Shown here piece by piece: positions 61,770-64,000 of a stretch of DNA of 64,000 bases. The stretch spans positions 4,160,001-4,224,000 of the forward strand of contig OZ241917.1 of NCBI GenBank assembly GCA_965203805.1, read 5' to 3'. Source of the DNA: Candidatus Latescibacterota bacterium. Lineage in GTDB: Bacteria > Latescibacterota > UBA2968 > GCA-2709665. The notes beneath the pieces are model-generated. The model saw only the letters and a program-made list of their open reading frames with translations. It ran no database searches and was not told where the DNA came from. Both the position numbers and the translations under genes were made by a program. Position 1 is the stretch's first letter. Every line of letters starts with the position of its first letter.

Positions 61770-64000
61770 ATGCCTACCAACGCAGATGTAAGAGATACAA
61801 CAAGGGCTTCTCGTGAAGGCCACTGGTTCCACGAAGCATGGACAGCGCGCAAATGCATGCAACTGCTCCTTCCGAAAGACGGCCTTATCGGTATCGCCGT
61901 TGAAGGCCTCTCAGAGGAGGATCAGTCGCGGGCCTCGGCTGCAGCCGTCCAAATCGCCGATCTGACGGTCTACTACGGCAAGGATTCCAGATTCCAGGCC
62001 GCGGATAGGGTGGAGACGATACAGTTCAAGTATTCGCCAAAGCTTGCCGAGAAACCATTTCGGGCAAGTGATGCGAAGAAAACGTTAGAGAAATTCGCGG
62101 AGTCGTATCGCGATTACAAGAAGAACTATGGACCCGTGGCGGTCACCAAAAAGCTATCCTTCGAACTGATTACGAATAGGCCAATCTTTCCTCCCCTGCA
62201 CCTAGCAATCGATGGCATTGCAGTGGGTAGGCGACTCACCGGGCGCGCGAAGGCACAGGGTGAGCAGTTCGAGAGAGCGACAGGCCTAACCGGCAAACAC
62301 CTTGCAGAGTTTGCAAACAAGTGCCGGATAAGCGGTCTGGCTGGGACGCTGCTTGGCACAGAGACGGATCTCTGGAAAATTGTCGTTGACTGGTCAGCGA
62401 CTGTTGACGCGCAAGCGGCCGTGCGCCTCGGCGCGATGAAACACATGGTTGCCAGAAAGGCCCGGTACGACGCGCAGAACCAGAAGGTGATCCGGCAAGT
62501 TGACGTTCTTGACGTGCTGGGTCTTTCGGGTGTCGATGAGCTTCTGCCGTGCCCCGAGAGTTTGGCGAGAGTCGATCACGTCGTTGAGCGTGAACAATTG
62601 GCAGAAGCGGTATCTCTTGTACCGGCGATCACGAAACCTCTGATCGTTAGTGCCGACGGCGGCATCGGCAAAACTGTGTTTCTGCAGAGTCTAGCTTCGC
62701 AACTTTCGCATCAGCACGAGGTCGTCTTCTTCGACTGTTTCGGGGGTGGAGCTTATCGGTCACCTGAAGACGGACGACACCTTCCATACCGTGGACTCGT
62801 ACACATTGCCAACATACTCGCTTGCCGCGGGCTTTGCGACCCAATCCTTCCAGGCAGCGAGAACACCGAAATGCTCTTCGGTCGATTCCGGAAAAGGCTT
62901 AAACAATGCGTCCGAACACTAAATGCCGTATCGCCGGGCAGAGAACTCATCCTATTCATCGATGGGATCGACAACGCGGCCGAGTATGCAATCGAACGAG
63001 GGCAGCAGTCGTTTCCGACTCGACTTTTGGAAAGTGTCCACCTATCGGGCCCTATACCCAGAGTAAAAATAGTTGCTTCGGGTCGGACGCACCGTATAAA
63101 GGAGCACATTAGTGACGTTCTCTATCAAGAATTCGAACTACACTCCTTCACCTTCCCCGAAACCACTTCATACGTGTGCTCACGAATGGCGGATGTCACA
63201 ACGACCGAGATAAATGTCGCACAATCGAGGTCCGAGGGCAATGTGCGCATTCTCGAACACCTTGTAACCAGCGACAGGGGACTGCTCGATCCTTCCGAGA
63301 TCGATAACCCAATCGTGCTTGATGAACTGCTGAACGAACGTATTGAAACGGCCCTCGAGGAGGCCATAAGACTAGGCTACAAGGAGCAAGATATCAATGC
63401 GTTTCTCGCAGGGCTATCGGTCTTGCCGCCTCCGGTACCACTTGACGAGTATGCCGGTGCGTATGGCATGAACGTCGGAGCCATCCGGAGCTTTGCTGCC
63501 GATCTTGCGCCTCTGCTCGACAGGACGCAGCAGGGAATGATCTTCCGTGACGAGCCGACCGAGACACTCGTTCGCGAGAGCTATGGGACTGACACACGGG
63601 CACTAAAACGCGTTGCCAGGAACCTGCTCGCGCGACAAGCGGAATCCGTCTACGCTGCACAGGCTCTTCCGGGCCTGTTGCAGAAGCTTGGCGACGGCGA
63701 GAAGCTTTTTGGTCTCGCGTTCGACGAACGTCTTCCTCCGACGATCACCAGTACAATCGGCCAGCGCAGAATTCGCTACGTACGGCTTAAGTCGGCCGTA
63801 TTGTTCGCGGCAAATGCTGGCGACAACAATAGCTTGGTCCGTTTGCTTGTTGAGCTCTCAACAATCGCGGGGAGCGACCAAAGGGGTGCTGCCTATATTC
63901 TTGAGAATCCGGATCTTGTCGTTCACGCCCGTGAAGCCGATGCCCTGCGGCGTTTATACGAGACCCGCACAAGTTGGCCTGGATCACGGCATGCTCGCTT
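61770..64000 (+). CDS. Avs (AVAST)-like STAND NTPase with N-terminal Cap4-like nuclease; truncated by the window end
   Basis: Manual translation: RASREGHWFHEAWTARK, ADLTVYYG, IQFKYS, Walker A ADGGIGKT, Walker B LILFIDGIDN; absent from the track because no stop is reached. Confidence 0.82.
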   Translation, partial: MPTNADVRDTTRASREGHWFHEAWTARKCMQLLLPKDGLIGIAVEGLSEEDQSRASAAAVQIADLTVYYGKDSRFQAADRVETIQFKYSPKLAEKPFRASDAKKTLEKFAESYRDYKKNYGPVAVTKKLSFELITNRPIFPPLHLAIDGIAVGRRLTGRAKAQGEQFERATGLTGKHLAEFANKCRISGLAGTLLGTETDLWKIVVDWSATVDAQAAVRLGAMKHMVARKARYDAQNQKVIRQVDVLDVLGLSGVDELLPCPESLARVDHVVEREQLAEAVSLVPAITKPLIVSADGGIGKTVFLQSLASQLSHQHEVVFFDCFGGGAYRSPEDGRHLPYRGLVHIANILACRGLCDPILPGSENTEMLFGRFRKRLKQCVRTLNAVSPGRELILFIDGIDNAAEYAIERGQQSFPTRLLESVHLSGPIPRVKIVASGRTHRIKEHISDVLYQEFELHSFTFPETTSYVCSRMADVTTTEINVAQSRSEGNVRILEHLVTSDRGLLDPSEIDNPIVLDELLNERIETALEEAIRLGYKEQDINAFLAGLSVLPPPVPLDEYAGAYGMNVGAIRSFAADLAPLLDRTQQGMIFRDEPTETLVRESYGTDTRALKRVARNLLARQAESVYAAQALPGLLQKLGDGEKLFGLAFDERLPPTITSTIGQRRIRYVRLKSAVLFAANAGDNNSLVRLLVELSTIAGSDQRGAAYILENPDLVVHAREADALRRLYETRTSWPGSRHAR

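Overview
A GC-rich bacterial accessory region, mosaic in structure. Three dockerin/EF-hand-tagged secreted proteins, WD40/TolB/PQQ propellers, two PhyH dioxygenases and a ceramidase-like gene suggest a Latescibacterota-like or similar marine, possibly sponge-associated, organism (inference only). It holds transport and catabolic genes, redox genes (katG, bcp), a TetM-like GTPase, several defence/TA candidates, an Avs-like STAND gene running off the end, IS1380 copies and many gene remnants. Main observations not visible in the ORF track: (1) a family of 19-54 bp CCTG...CAGG mini-palindromes that insert without target duplication at purine^pyrimidine steps, nest up to three deep and interrupt an IS1380 transposase twice, with empty sites inside the window; (2) two probable selenoproteins split at in-frame TGA codons, a UGSC-like protein with an unusual U-C motif and an AhpC/TSA protein with UxxS, each followed by a SECIS-like hairpin with a CAGTT loop; (3) a 4.6 kb island with inverted arms, a five-copy motif, a phage-type ORF and lipoprotein cargo, but no integrase. 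All family calls come from motif recognition by eye; no searches were run.
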